A DNA stretch of 64,000 nucleotides from NCBI RefSeq assembly GCF_009914755.1, contig NC_060934.1, one strand, 5' to 3'. A model generated the notes under the pieces. It made no database searches, was not told where the DNA came from, and was given only the letters and a program-made list of their open reading frames with translations. Below, piece by piece: positions 17,700 to 35,582 of this stretch (the first letter of the stretch is position 1; each line of letters opens with the position of its first letter). The translations under genes were made by a program, and so were the position numbers. Origin of the DNA: the human T2T-CHM13v2.0 reference genome, Homo sapiens.

Positions 17700-18320
17700 C
17701 ATTTTGTCTTCATTTAGAAACTATGACCCTCTTAATTGTCTGTATTTCAGTTTCTTTATCTTTGAAATGGGACTGGTAATACAACAGCCATTCTTGAGTA
17801 CCTACTTGTCCACAGAAGAAGGCAATTTTACATGTGTTATCTACTTACTCCTGTGGGGAGATATTATCCTCACAGTCTGCAAATAAGAGCACTGAGGCAG
17901 AAAGTAGATGATTTTTGCAAAGTCTTTACAGCTGACAAAGGTAACAATTTGGATTTAAATCCAGATCTTCCAGCTCTAAGCAAAATTTTCTTATTACTGA
18001 GTCTCAACTGCTTCCCACAGGGTTTGTTCAAGAAGCAAATTGTAGAGCAAAAAGTATGTTCTGTAAACATGAGGTAAGATTATTAATTATTTATTTTGAC
18101 AACCATTAATTCTTATGTGGTTACGCTTTTTAAAATCCACATATTGTAATTCACACTATAATCACAGATGTCTACCTCTTCTTTAGATCAAAATACTGAG
18201 AATTATGAAAAGTGCATTAACGAATGACCACACTTAATCCTCCCCTACAAACCTATCAGGTAGGCATGAGTAATCCTCATCTTACATTTGAAAAATCTGA
18301 ACAACTTGGATTTGAATTCC
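17700..18320. mobile_element. Cluster of degraded MIR fragments in both orientations
   Basis: CAGTTTCTTTATCTTTGAAATGGG (+); ATTATCCTCACAGTCTGCAAATAAGAGCACTGAGGCAG (-). Confidence 0.55.
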
Positions 18321-19476
18321 AAAACTGAATTTCATTTTTAAAAAAATTTTCTCCTTTGAAAACTACATATTAGGCTTGCTTAAAAACTGAAAATAAACCA
18401 AGAAGTCTTGGTTATTTATTAATTTTTTTAATTGTTTTTCCAATATTCCACAACAACCTATCTCAGATGAAAAGGAGGTTGGAACAGGCAGAGGGAAGAG
18501 CTCATTTCTGACTTTTTGTTGTTAAAGCAAGAGATTTGTTGCCACAGATTGGATGGGTCTGGGCTGCTCTCTAGGCACTCAGGTAAATTAGAAGAGAAGA
18601 CACACTCTCCATGGAATTTTGAGGTGGATCGTTGCTGTGAAGCTGTTCTCTCCTGGGTGATCTGTTTGAAGATTTTGTCTCACTTTGGAGTGGTTATGAT
18701 GGGCCCACTGCAAGGAGTAGCAGTCTTCTGTTCAGCAACTTACATGTAACATTTTTGCCTCATGCTTTTACTTGCCATTATTTTAGTTGGTTCACATGTA
18801 CATGTATATGAATGTATGTAGGTGTGTAATTATATATATTTCTATTAGAATATGTAGGATTTTTGTCGTTAATATAACTTCTTATTTTATATGATTTACA
18901 CATAAAAATCTATAATCATGAACAATAACCCTACCTCAGTTTTGGTAGAATAATCCTACCTCAGCTAGAATTGAAGCAGTCATTAGGAAGTATGTACAGA
19001 TGAATTAAAAGGAGCTCTTTCCACAGAGGACTCTCCCTTTTTCACAGGGAAGGTCAGAGGGAATAAGTGATTTTCCTAAACATCACAAAAAATAAAGGAT
19101 TAGCAAACTTCCATTTCCTACTGTGGCAAACTAAGTAATTTACACCAATATTCCACTGACCACTGATACAACACCTGGGAATGATATGAAAACATCTGTT
19201 AAAATGCATTAAGTTGCTAATAACAGAGCGAAGAATGATCAGGCCAGGATGTGTGAGGGAGAGAAGCCTGGGTCGGTTAACCCATGTTTCAGGACTGCTT
19301 TTCTTCTACGGGAGAAAGGTGTTTGTTGATTCCTGAGTGAGCAGTAGAGAGACTGTGATGCTGAGGATATCCTTTCCATGCGAGGGAAAATGGATTTCAG
19401 TCCCAGGCCCTACAATGCTGTGCCCAGTGCTAAGTGTGAACTGGTATTTAAAAGTCCCTGCAAGAGATTGTACCCA

Positions 19477-19774
19477 GGCTGGGCGCAGTGGTTCATGCCT
19501 ATAATCCCAGCACTTTGGGAGGCTGAGGTGGACAGATCACTTGAGGCCAGGAGTTCGAGACCAGCCTGGCCAACATGGCTAAACCTCGTCCCTACTAAAA
19601 TACAAAAGTTAGCTAGGCGTGGTGGTGCATGTCTGTAATCCTAGCTACTCAGGAGGCTGAAGCATGAGAATCCCTTGAACCTGGAGGCAAAGTCGCACCC
19701 CTGCATTCCAGCTTGGGTGACAGAGCAAGACTCTGTCTCAAAAAAAAAAAAAAAAAAAGAGAGAGAGAGAGAGA
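19477..19774 (+). mobile_element. AluS with an internal right-arm deletion and an A/(GA)n tail
   Basis: Lacks the GAGGTTGCAGTGAGC segment; TSD AGAGATTGTACC / AGAGACTGTACC. Confidence 0.9.
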
Positions 19775-19899
19775 CTGTACCTTACTTTAATAACATCTCA
19801 ATCTCTAAAATCGAGTTAAGGTAATCTTTGAGTGATATTACCCCCAGGTACCTGGCAGAAGGAAAATCATATCTTCTTGGGTGAAGATAATATTATCCT

Positions 19900-22650
<2,751 letters not shown>

Positions 22651-22659
22651 GCTGCTGGT

Positions 22660-22920
22660 CACTGACTGTATGACCTGAAAAGTCAAGTTGAATTGGGATG
22701 GGGAAAGGGGCTGGAGGAGAAGTCTTCAAGACAGAACGCACTGGGCACACACATCTAAAGACTGACAAAGATACTCAGAGAGTAATATATGCTATTTTGC
22801 TTCCATCCTTTCCCTTCTCTCTCAAATCTCACGCAAGTTCCTCTTTTGGCTAACTCTAAGCCAGCGCCAGACAGAAAAATTTTCTGGGAAACAGTTCTCA
22901 GCTTAACAAACTTGACAATA
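22660..22920. mobile_element. Probable old ERVL-class LTR fragment
   Basis: CCTCTTTTGGCTAACTCTAAG...TTCTGGGAAACAGTTCTCAGCTTAACAAACTTGACA resembles LTR33-type termini. Confidence 0.35.
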
Positions 22921-22949
22921 AAATGGGCAAACAAAGGATGAAAGATAGT

Positions 22950-23225
22950 TTCACAGAGTTAAAAACACATGCTTTGGAATCAAGCAATACTAGATTTCAA
23001 TTGTAATATAGTCTTTTACAATTCATGTGATCTTAGTCAAGTTAGCTAATCCCTCAGAGGCTTGGTTTCCATGCCCATAAAATAAGGAAAATCATATATG
23101 TCTCACAGACTTGTTTAAAGGTTAAGTATTATAATGCATATATATGAGAAATATATATGTATACATTATACATATATGTATAATGTATGACAGTGCCTGG
23201 TTCATAGTGAGTTTTAATAAATGGT
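22950..23225 (+). mobile_element. MIR SINE interrupted by a TA-rich tract
   Basis: TGTGATCTTAGTCAAGTTAGCTAATCCCTCAGAGGCTTGGTTTCC...ACAGTGCCTGGTTCATAGTGAG. Confidence 0.65.
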
Positions 23226-25542
23226 TCCCTTTAACAATACTACTGCTGATAACTTGCAAAGAGACTGGTACTAGAATTTCCTGAGGAGCTTTTAAAATAA
23301 ACTGATACAGACTCTGTCCATCAACATTGTAATTTATTTGATAAATTTCCCTGTCAATAATGGGATTCATTGAGTCAGGATACTCCACCTTATAAAATGC
23401 CTCAGTCATAGACTAAATCAAACTCTTTATTTGCTTTCTCTGGACCAGCACAATTCAGTGTACAAGTTTTGTTCCAGTCATCTTTCTAGAGGGTACACCT
23501 TAGAGTTCATTGGGTTTATAAGTCATCCTGATGACTTTGAGTGACAACATGAGAAATCCTTGAAAAGGACATTAGAAAATATCTTCATTTTAATTAACAA
23601 TATTTTGGGAAGCTGGTATTGCAGAATATTAAACTCATTTATTTTCTTCAGATTCCTGCCAGTTGTAGCTTCAGTGGATGACCTTTTAATGACCTTTGTA
23701 CCAAATGGGGGCATGGGATGAATAAGAGAAATTCTTACTGTGACTCCCTCCTCACTGAATACAGAAGGAAATAATGTTATTCCAACCCGAAATGTAAATG
23801 TGAGATACTGTGGTGAATTAATTCACGGGTATGCTGAATGCAATATGACTGAAAAGAAGTGAAAATTTGCTTCTTAGAATTCAATGGGAAGGCAACTACT
23901 AATCTTCAAGTTGTAGATGAGTTCCTTTTCGTTGGCAGGCACTCTTTAATGCTTTAAAAGTTTAATATTCTCTGAAGAGGAGTTAAATGCATTTTTAAGT
24001 GCCATTTGTTGTGTGTTCTGGGAAAGTGAAGTAGAAATGGGAACATGAGGGTCATAGTGCATTGCTACCGAAAATGAACTCCATTTTACCTCTACTTCAC
24101 AGTATTCATATATTTTTAATATAATGAGTTCATCCATATTTTAAGATTTAAGATTTTACCTTTCAGGTCTGCCTTGCCTTTCTCTGGTGAGTAGGCTGCT
24201 TAGTTTTTTTGCTTTTTGTGGGGCTTTTTGTTTTTGCTTTTTTTTTTTTTTCCTTTTGTGAATTTGTGTACTGGCTGGCAGTTCAACTGATAGAGTTTTA
24301 AGATCGCCCTGCTAAACTCAAGCTTACGGTTTCTTTGAACTAAATTGGTGGTATGAATGAATAAGAGAAAAGTGAAGAAAGACACAGGTATTAAAATATT
24401 ATGGTTGGGGACAAGTGGCACCGTGAAAGCTGGAATAAAGCTGAGAAATGAGCAATTTGGGGAAGTATTCTGAATTTTGCTCTACATAGTGGGAAAAATC
24501 CAGTTTATGTGTTTGTCGAGATTTAGATAAAATCATTTTTTTGAGGTTCTTCATCCACAGTTACAGGGTTTGAAGTGATTTTTCTTCCCTTCACTTTCTC
24601 CTCAAATTTTGGCAATAATTAATGAATACATCAAGTATTTATTGAGTGCCTAAAATGTGCTGTAGGCAACAGTGAAAATGCACAGTCCATGTTCTCCCGG
24701 GGATTACTATGAACTCATCTTTCCCATTACGGATATCTACTGTTGGCAAAGTCATCATCCACCACAGGCTCTTTGCAGGCTGCTATCTTTCTTTCAGATA
24801 CATGCCTTTTGCCCCTGAGCCCAAATGGAGGAAAAAGGAGAAACCTTGTACCAATTCCTCATTCACTAGACTCTCAAATATTTCCCAGCCATTGTCTGTA
24901 GACATAGTAATGGAAAATTTAAAAAATATCAAGTATTAAAAACAATTTATATTAGGCACTCTCCTAGTTATTTGCATATGTCATTTCGCTTGATCCTGAC
25001 AATATGCTATGTTGCTTTTGGGGATCTTGAGTGATCCTACTTAATCAGCTTCCTCAGGACGACTTCTCTCCTTTGGTCAAATTTACCTCATAGATGAGTC
25101 TTAAACACCGTCTAATGTTCAAGTGGTTTATTCTGGCGGCATTCTTAGAAGACAAATAACAGGAGCAGGCTGGTGGCAGGGGCCAGATTCAGTCAGTGTC
25201 AGGTGACCTCCTGACTGGGGATCTCCATCTAGAGACCATTCTTAGAGTTTGGGGAATTATTCCGCCTTTCTTCTACTTGTACTCAGTGCACATGAGTTAC
25301 TAGGTGTTTCTTTCATAAAGGGAGTTCAAGCTATATTTGTAAGGGTAAGCTTTGAATTAAGTTTTGTGAGTTGCATCTATGATGAAGTAGTCTTGTCTCT
25401 TGGAAATCCCCAGGCCAGGGTTGGAAACTGCCAGGTCAGGGTGCACTACATGGCATAGTGTCAGCCCTACAAGATGTCTGAGTGGAATTTATGGCTATCA
25501 TTAACCCTATAGTCACTATATGTCTCTTATAATATACTATAT

Positions 25543-26035
25543 TGTAGGGAACAGGCCTCCAAATCTGGCCATAAACTGGCCCCAAAATTGTCCATAAACA
25601 AAATCTCTGCAGCACTGTGACATGTTCGTGATGGCCATGATGCCCACGCTGGAAGGTTGTCGGTTTACTGGAATGAGGGCAAGCATCACCTGGCCCACCC
25701 AGGGTGGAAAACTGCTTAAGGTGTTCCTAAACCACAAACAATAGCATGAGCGATCTGTGCCATAAGGACATGTTCCTGCTGCAGGTAACTAGCCAAAGCC
25801 CATACCTTTGTTTCCCATAAAGGAATGCTTTTAGTTAATCTATAATCTATAGAAACAATACTTATCACTGGCTTGCTGTCAATAAATATGTGGGTAAAAC
25901 TCTGTTCGTGGCTCTCAGCTCTGAAGGCTGTCAGACCCCTAATTTCCTACTCCACACTCTATACTTCGGTGTGTGTGCCTTTAATTTCTGTAGTGTCACT
26001 GGGTTAGGGTCTCCACAACTGAGCTGGTCTCGGCA
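25543..26035 (+). mobile_element. MER9 solo LTR (HERV-K9 / HML-3)
   Basis: TGTAGGGAACAGGCCTCCAAATCTGGCCATAAACTGGCCCC...GAGCTGGTCTCGGCA; AATAAA at ~25881; 6-bp TSD CTATAT / CAATAT. Confidence 0.9.
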
Positions 26036-26405
26036 CAATATACTATAGAGACCATTATTTTGCTCATTTTTCTTTGATTAAAAAAAAAGTCTTAAAGCGT
26101 GTTAAAAAGAGAGTTTTAAAGCCCTTGTTTAAGGTCACTTGATAAGTAGATGGCTCAACTAGGATTCTAATCCAATTAAAAAAAACAGCTCTTAACCCTT
26201 TTCACAAATAAGATAAATGATATTTCTCATACATTTTTGTACTTTTGTTTTTAAAATGTGTGCATAGATACTATGATAAATTAAATAACAATTAATTTAA
26301 AGAGATTGAATGATTTCATAGTAACTTTACTTTGATTATACTTCCTTTTGTAAGAAAGCAGCTATTCTGATGTGTGGGATGGCACTCAAAATTATTTGAT
26401 ATTTA

Positions 26406-26699
26406 GGCCAGATGCAATAGCTTACACCTATAATCCCAGCACTTTGGGAGGCTGAATTGGGAGGATTGCTTGAGGCCAGAAGTTCAACACCAGCCTGGGT
26501 AATATAGTAAGAATCTGTCTCTACAAAAAATACAAAATAGCCAGGCATGATGTTGTGTGCCTATAGTCTTAACTACTTGAGAGCATTAGGTGGGAGGATC
26601 TCTTGAGTCCAGGAGGTTGAGGTTACAGTTACTCATGATTGTGCCACTGTATTCCAGCCTAGGTGACAGAGTGAGGCCCTGTCTCAAAAAAAAAAAAAA
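26406..26699 (+). mobile_element. AluJ
   Basis: Diverged dimer with GGAGGATTGCTTGAGGCCAG J-type diagnostics and A tail. Confidence 0.9.
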
Positions 26700-26749
26700 G
26701 TATTTAAAATTGGCCTTTATACTAAAAAATAGATATATGTTGTCAAATA

Positions 26750-26865
26750 CTCTATTATACTCTAAGCTTCTTAAGGGCAAAGGGAATGACCTTGTTCAGC
26801 TTTGTGTTCCTAGTGCTTAGCTGTGTCTGTCACTTAGGAGGGCAAGAATTTTGTATTAAATGTAA
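26750..26865 (+). mobile_element. L2 3'-end fragment
   Basis: TAAGCTTCTTAAGGGCAAAGGG...TTGTGTTCCTAGTGCTTAGC. Confidence 0.5.
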
Positions 26866-28665
26866 GTGTATAGGTAAATAAATTCTATTGCTAATAAAGT
26901 AGGTGGTCCAAATATCTAACATAAAATAAGAGCTCCATAATAATTGTGTGGTATTTGTGGAATAATTTTGCATCAGAAAGACAGAGGTAGAGAGGTGACC
27001 ATACAGTCATTGCTTCATGCAAAGGGAGAAACTTGGAGTCTACCGAGAGCATGATGCTGATGGCAGTAGGAGAGGAATTACTCACCATCTGAACTCACTT
27101 GCTGACTGTGGGACACTCAATCAGACTCTGCATCACTGAGTCCTTTTTTCTTTTGAAACTTCCACATTCATTTATGTCATGTAAATATATGAATACAGTC
27201 TAATGAGTATGTGTTTGGAAATGCAATGTGCAGAAAATATTGAGGTAGTAGACAAAAGAGAATGTGGGAGACAAATGTCAGAACCAAACAAAAAGGCTGG
27301 GAAAGTTAAAAAGGGCAAATGCTTTTTTGCATATTCTTCCTACTTTGTTGACTTAAAACTGATGTCCAAAAGACTTGTTTGGAAAGAATAAAATAATTTA
27401 ATCCATCATTAAAATTTAACTGTTTGTTTGATGTTAGTGTGCATTTGTTTTCCTGAATCCTGTAGCTAGATGTAGTTAATTAAATTTCATACATGAAACT
27501 TGAAAAAACATATATATATATATTCTGTGCTATATCTAGAGAGAGCATATTGAGTATTGGGATCCCAAAAGAATTAATTACTTGTTTTTCTACCTTGTAA
27601 TTACACCAATGAAGGATACCAATGAAGGATACTGAATATTTTCAAGATATGGAATTTTTATGTTTCTTTGTTTTTATTTTTCTCTTTATAGTTTTTCATT
27701 GATTTTAATTAGACAGCCTTCTGTTTATGAGAGAGTAGAGGAAATTTAATATCCCCAAATTAAAGAAAACAAAAGAGAGAAAAACATTTAGCAAAATTAG
27801 TTCCTTGAATTGTATTTTGCATTCTAGCTTGAAGTTTTCCTTTTTTTCCTTGAGACAGATTTGATATAGAAAAAGTGCACCCCAGGAGAGTGCTCTAAGC
27901 TTCCATAGCTCTTGTCTGAGGTGAATGGTGTTTCATTAATTTCACGTGCAATCTTCTTATGTGACAGTATAATTATAATATTATACAGCTTAGCTAGATG
28001 GCTTGAAATGATGTGCCAGCACAACCCCAGAAATGAAGGGTCATGCAGGGTACGAGGAGTCTTCAAGATTTCATTTTGAAAACTAAGTACTCGTGGCAAG
28101 GGACAAAATTGCTGTGTACTTCTGTATTTGAGGTGACTTCCATTGCTTACAAGGTACCTTCCAGTTTGGTGTAATGTCTCTAATTTTTTGAAATGCCAAT
28201 CACTTCAATGTATGCCTCTTTTTGCTTAGGTAAGAACCTAGGAAAACTGTACTGATGACAGATAGGAAAGAAGAAACACTTCATGCTTTGCTATGAGATG
28301 AGAGTAATGTAGTTCTGGATGTTAGACATCCACTCAAAATAAATTGGAGACTCTTGGGGTGAGAGGTGGGCAAAACCTTTGTCTATTGAAAAGCATGAAA
28401 AGCATCTTTCTTTAGTTCATCATGGAGAGCACATTGATATACAAAACTCTCAAGAAGGCTTTATTTGTCTATTTCACTGTTATCCATTTGAATCTATCCA
28501 CATCCATTAATTACCTAGCATATTAGACCTCCCATTGCTTTTAATGGAGATTACAGGTAAATGAGAACCATAGCATCATATGTACTCTCAGTGCAGTAGA
28601 AATCAAATTTCTTATTCCCTGGTATATGCTATATAGGTCTCTAATCTTCAGGACAGAGTTCAATT

Positions 28666-28720
28666 CCCGCCCCCTCCCCTCCCCCCTCCCCCATCCCCCC
28701 TCCCCCCTCCCCCTCCCCCC
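28666..28720 (-). repeat. C-rich tract (G-runs on the minus strand)
   Basis: Nine runs of 3-6 C separated by 1-2 nt. Confidence 0.9.
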
Positions 28721-29391
28721 TGCCAGCATAGTAGTAGGGAAAGGAGAATTGGAGAATTCAGTCAAGAAGCCCAGGAATGGGAAACCAGAGCTCAGCCTGT
28801 TGTTTACAGCTTGGTACTATGGATTGCTTGGTTTGTTTTTCTCCAGAATGCTGAAACAACCAGTAAGTTGAGGGAAAAAATTCAAATCAATAGTTCAACA
28901 TTATTGAGATATAATATATTTGATGATTTATTTTATTTTTTCAGTTGGTTACATGAGGAAAATAGTCACAGGATCTGGATGGTACATTGTAGCGAAAATG
29001 AGTTGGACAAATAAGTCATTTGTTGCGTCACTATGAATAATTGCTTTGGAGTCTTTGGACATAAATTTATTCATTTATAATATAATGATGGACTATATAG
29101 TTATATAAAGTACCTCTAAGTCCTGGAATTTGTTGATTCCTGGGTTTCCATATCTCCCATATTAGAATTAGTGTGCTGTGCGAGGCTAAGAGATGGGTGA
29201 ACATTTTTCTTCTTATTTAGTTTATAAATTCTCAGGATGAAAACTTTTAAAAATAATAAGTACTTCTTGCATAAACTTCCAAAGGAAGTGCAAAATTTAT
29301 GAGCTTTCAAGAAGTTCATGTCTTAATCTTTTCCATCAACATATTCAAAAGTAATGACATACTTAACTGTCACATGTTACTCGGAAAGGGA

Positions 29392-30263
<872 letters not shown>

Positions 30264-31158
30264 CATCCTTAAGGATGCTTAGAAGGAAAAACACGCCCCA
30301 CCCAACACACACACAGTTCATAATTCATGAGGATCTAAGTGTTTTAGGGATGCAGTTTTAAAATGTTACTTATGCATTGAACAGCAATCAAGAGCATTTT
30401 GGTGCATTCTGGAAGATTATCAATTTCAAAATACTAAGTTCTTTCAGAAGCAGAATTTTCAGATAATCCTCTGGGTTGGCATGAGGTACATTTTGGCATA
30501 ATGCCAGCATTAGTGCTTTCAAAAGTGAATATATTTAGTTTCACAAAAAATTTAAGCACAGAAGCAGGAATATTAAGTCATATGAATAATGTTCCTTGGA
30601 TTTTAGGGAAAAATAATATTGCTTTTACTTCATTTTTCTTATTCTTCAAAGTCAAATAAATGTGAGGTATGAAGAATTACTTGGAGAATTTTGGAAAGTG
30701 TAGCTGCTTAATGCATGAACCTAGATTTTAGAATATAATTAAATTGAAATAAAGTGAAGAGATTTATTTGTATCACTCACACTTGCTATGCTTTAAATAG
30801 TTTCTGAAGCAAATAATTCAGTAAATAAACAAGTGAGGAGGCAGGCAAGCAGGCAAGAAGGCTAGTCAATACTGGGTAATAAATATTATCTTCCTCTCTT
30901 CATCTCTTCCTTCTTTTGTCATGAGGAATAAATTTCCTATTCAGAAGCATAAAAGAAAGTGATTAGCATGCATGTTTGTTGCAAAATTATTAATATCAGA
31001 GAAAAATAAAACAATCTTCAAGTCTAAGAATAGTGCTGTGATGAAGTAAAATATAGCCTGTTTGAAAAGTGATTCAGTTATTAAAATAATGACTCTGTGT
31101 GTATTGATATGCACCTGTTCACTCAGGTTGTGTATAACTGACCTAAATTCTAATTGGC

Positions 31159-32326
<1,168 letters not shown>

Positions 32327-32800
32327 AGAATGCAGTTTTTGTAATTTTTTTTTCCAAATCATTTGTTACCATACTTAATTTTACTGAATTTTTTTAGTGA
32401 TTTATATTTATTGAGACTTTGCAAAGGATTCAGCTTAATTTTCATAGAAATAACAACTACCTTTTATGCCCATACTTCATAAATTTATATACTTATTACA
32501 TTATATGATAAATTATTTATTTCATTTACATTACTATGTATATACAAACACAAGCACAACTACTATCATAAAATTTGAGAATGATGAAATAATTTTCGTG
32601 TTTACACTGAAATATCTGTAAGTAATAAAATGTGCTGTCAATTTATCTAAATTCTATTCATTGCTTCTATTAATAGTCTAAAATTCTGAAAACCAACAAA
32701 TTGTGAGCTAGCTGGGCACCACTGAAAAATTACCTTAATCTTTTTTCTTCATTTATGAGTCCAGGGAATCCCACTGCAATTGCTGCAACATAGTTTGAAT

Positions 32801-32803
<3 letters not shown>

Positions 32804-32844
<41 letters not shown>
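32804..32844. repeat. Isolated T41 homopolymer
   Basis: Directly visible. Confidence 0.95.
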
Positions 32845-32846
<2 letters not shown>

Positions 32847-33239
32847 CAAGCAACAGGGTCAGATTTGGCTATATCATGTCAGCACTTCCAAATCCTCAGG
32901 AATAGGAAGCCTCCTAAGATCTGATGACAAGGAGGCTGAGATTAAAGGGGCTATTATTGCTCCTAGCTGGAATAAGCATTTTCTCATCCTGAGGATTCTA
33001 AAACACTAACAAAAAGATTCTAGAAACATTGTTTAATCAATATAGATAACGAAGAGATATTCATGGTTTCTATGATACTTAAGACAGATCCCACTGCCAA
33101 ATAAAATCTTAGAATATTTTACATCATAATGGCTTTCCCTTCACATGGGAATCAGGAAATGTTTTCAGCTAAGACCGAGTTGTGAAGAAATATTTTCATA
33201 AAGATTTTACTCGTGAAAAGCTTTTTGAATGCACTTGCA

Positions 33240-34680
33240 TCAATTCAATTCCATCTTCCAACTCAACAATGTGTCCATGTCTACCCTCAGGGCATAGGGA
33301 AAGAAGGGGAAAGGGAAAGATTATTCTCTGTTTGAAAAACGAAACAAAATAAAAACACCACCCAAAACAACAACAACAAGAAACAAACATCACAACAGCA
33401 AAGCAAACAACAAATCCTTTTTTGACCTCACATTCTACTCGAGTCCTGATCTTAATTTTTAGCCTTCCTTTACAGCAAACTGCCTAGAGAGAGTTGTTAA
33501 TGTTTGCTTTTTCTGATTCATTTTCTCCTATTTTCTTTTGAATCCTTCTTAAAACTAATTTCTCCTCAAATAGTTTGCTGAAACTGTTCCTGTTGTCAAT
33601 AATTACCTCCACATTGCTAAATCCAGTGGTGAATTCAGTCCACATATCCCTTGACCTATTGGCAGCATTTGATTCAGTTATCATGCCTTCTCCTTGGATA
33701 TACATGCTTTCACCTGGCTTCTGTGACACAGTGAAACCTTTAGTTTAATGTCTCTGTCATCAGCCACCTTATAAATTTACTTTCTTTGTTCTCCAACTCT
33801 TAAATGTTAGAGTATACCAGGGAACAATTCTCCTTGCACCTATAACTCCCGTATATCTTACAATTCTCAAGGTTTTACATATCATTGATATGCTGTTGAT
33901 GCCTAAATTTGTATATCTAGCCTATACCTCTCCCCTAAAATCCAGAGTTGGATATCTAATTTCTTATTAAAAACTTGGATGTCTAATAGAAATCCCAAAA
34001 TCAACATGTCCCAAATTGAACTCTTGATCTTTCCTCCAAACTTTTCATCAGCCTTCCCATCTAAGAAAATGATTATACTTTCTTCTTGTTGCTCAAATCA
34101 ATAATTTTGGACCTAACCACAATTTAAGTATATCCTGTATCTTATCTGTTCACAAGCCTTGTCACCTCTGCCTTTAGAATATAACCAGAACTCAAACATG
34201 TTTCATCGCTTCCCCTGCTCACCAACCTGCCCTTTACCTGGGCTTTTGCCAATAATCTCTTAACCTCGTCTCCCTGCCTCCATTCTTCTATCCTAAAGTC
34301 CATCCACAGAGATGCTATAGTGGTTCCTTTAAATGACACATTAGATATTGATAGTCTTCTGCTTGAAATGTCTAGTGGCTCCCCAACTCCTGTAAAGTAA
34401 AAGCCATGGCTCTGAGAAGACCCTGCAAGAGCAAAAGAAAGGCTCTGCTCCCTCTCAGACTCAGCCTGACCACATGGCTCCAACCAAGCTATCCTTACTC
34501 ATCTCTGACCAGAACAAACATAATGCCTTGGGTGTTTTGCACTGGCTGGTCCCTCAGCCTGGAATACTTTGCTTCATTTTATGCACGTGAATAACTTTTT
34601 CACATTTTCAGGTTTTGCTCAAATAGTATTTTAACACTGAGGCCTTCACTGTCTATCTTGTTTAAAATAGCAATCCCTCC
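33240..34680 (+). mobile_element. L2 LINE, degraded RT and 3' region
   Basis: TGCTAAATCCAGTGGTGAATTC...TTGACCTATTGGCAGCATTTGA (LDLSAAFD-like); CAACATGTCCCAAATTGAACTCTTGATCTTTCCTCCAAAC. Confidence 0.85.
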
Positions 34681-35039
34681 CTCCCCAACGTAACATAACA
34701 GGACATAAAGGACAGCCTCCCTTTCACCATACCTATATTTAAGGGAAGCGTGGCCAGTAAATTTGAAGTGACTGGTTTAGGGAGAGTGCAGCAGAAAGAG
34801 GCTTCTTCCCCTCAGCAACTCTACAGTCATCTTGTTGCACTTGAATCATCACAAAATCCTCATCACTGAAATTTCACTTAGTCAACTTGTGGTGTATTTG
34901 ACCAGTGGCCATTAGAATTCAGAAAATGTAGTTCCAGGCATCAATAATACATGTTGATCTTTCCAAAACTAAGTTTTAGATCGTTATTGACCATTTATAT
35001 TTTTGAAAATAAATTTAGAGGCAATTAGGGATACTAATA

Positions 35040-35270
35040 ACTACCATTATTGGGAACCGTTTATGAGCTGGAGGATATTTTGCATAAGTGCTTTAAATAT
35101 ATTATCTATTTAATCTTTTCACCAACACTTCAGTGTAGATATTATTATATCAGTTTCTAAGGTGAGAAAGCTGAAGCTTGGAGGGTTAAGAAACTTGCTC
35201 TATAGTACACTTGGTAAGTGGCAGGTCCTTTCAACAGCCAGCTATGTGTTCTTCCTGTTCATTGTATCTT
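35040..35270 (-). mobile_element. MIR SINE
   Basis: ATTATTATATCAGTTTCTAAGGTGAGAAAGCTGAAGCTTGGAGGGTTAAG. Confidence 0.65.
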
Positions 35271-35582
35271 TCATATAAAAGAACAATGAAGAGCAATGGA
35301 TGTGGGGAACACAGTATTTCAAACTGAGTGAAGCAGTTCACGTTTCAAATCTCAAAGGAAATGTTCACATATTTTGGAAATAAAATATTTCCATTTGTAT
35401 TTTTGCTGTTGGAAAGACATAAATGGTAATATCTAGTGAAATAAAACAAAATAAAGACATAAATAACACTTCCTACCCTACTCCTGCATGTTTTGCAAGC
35501 ATGACAGACAGATTTATAAGACACATGTCTGAACCTTGAGAAATCACGTACTGGTAAACCCATGACAATAATCATGAGTCAC

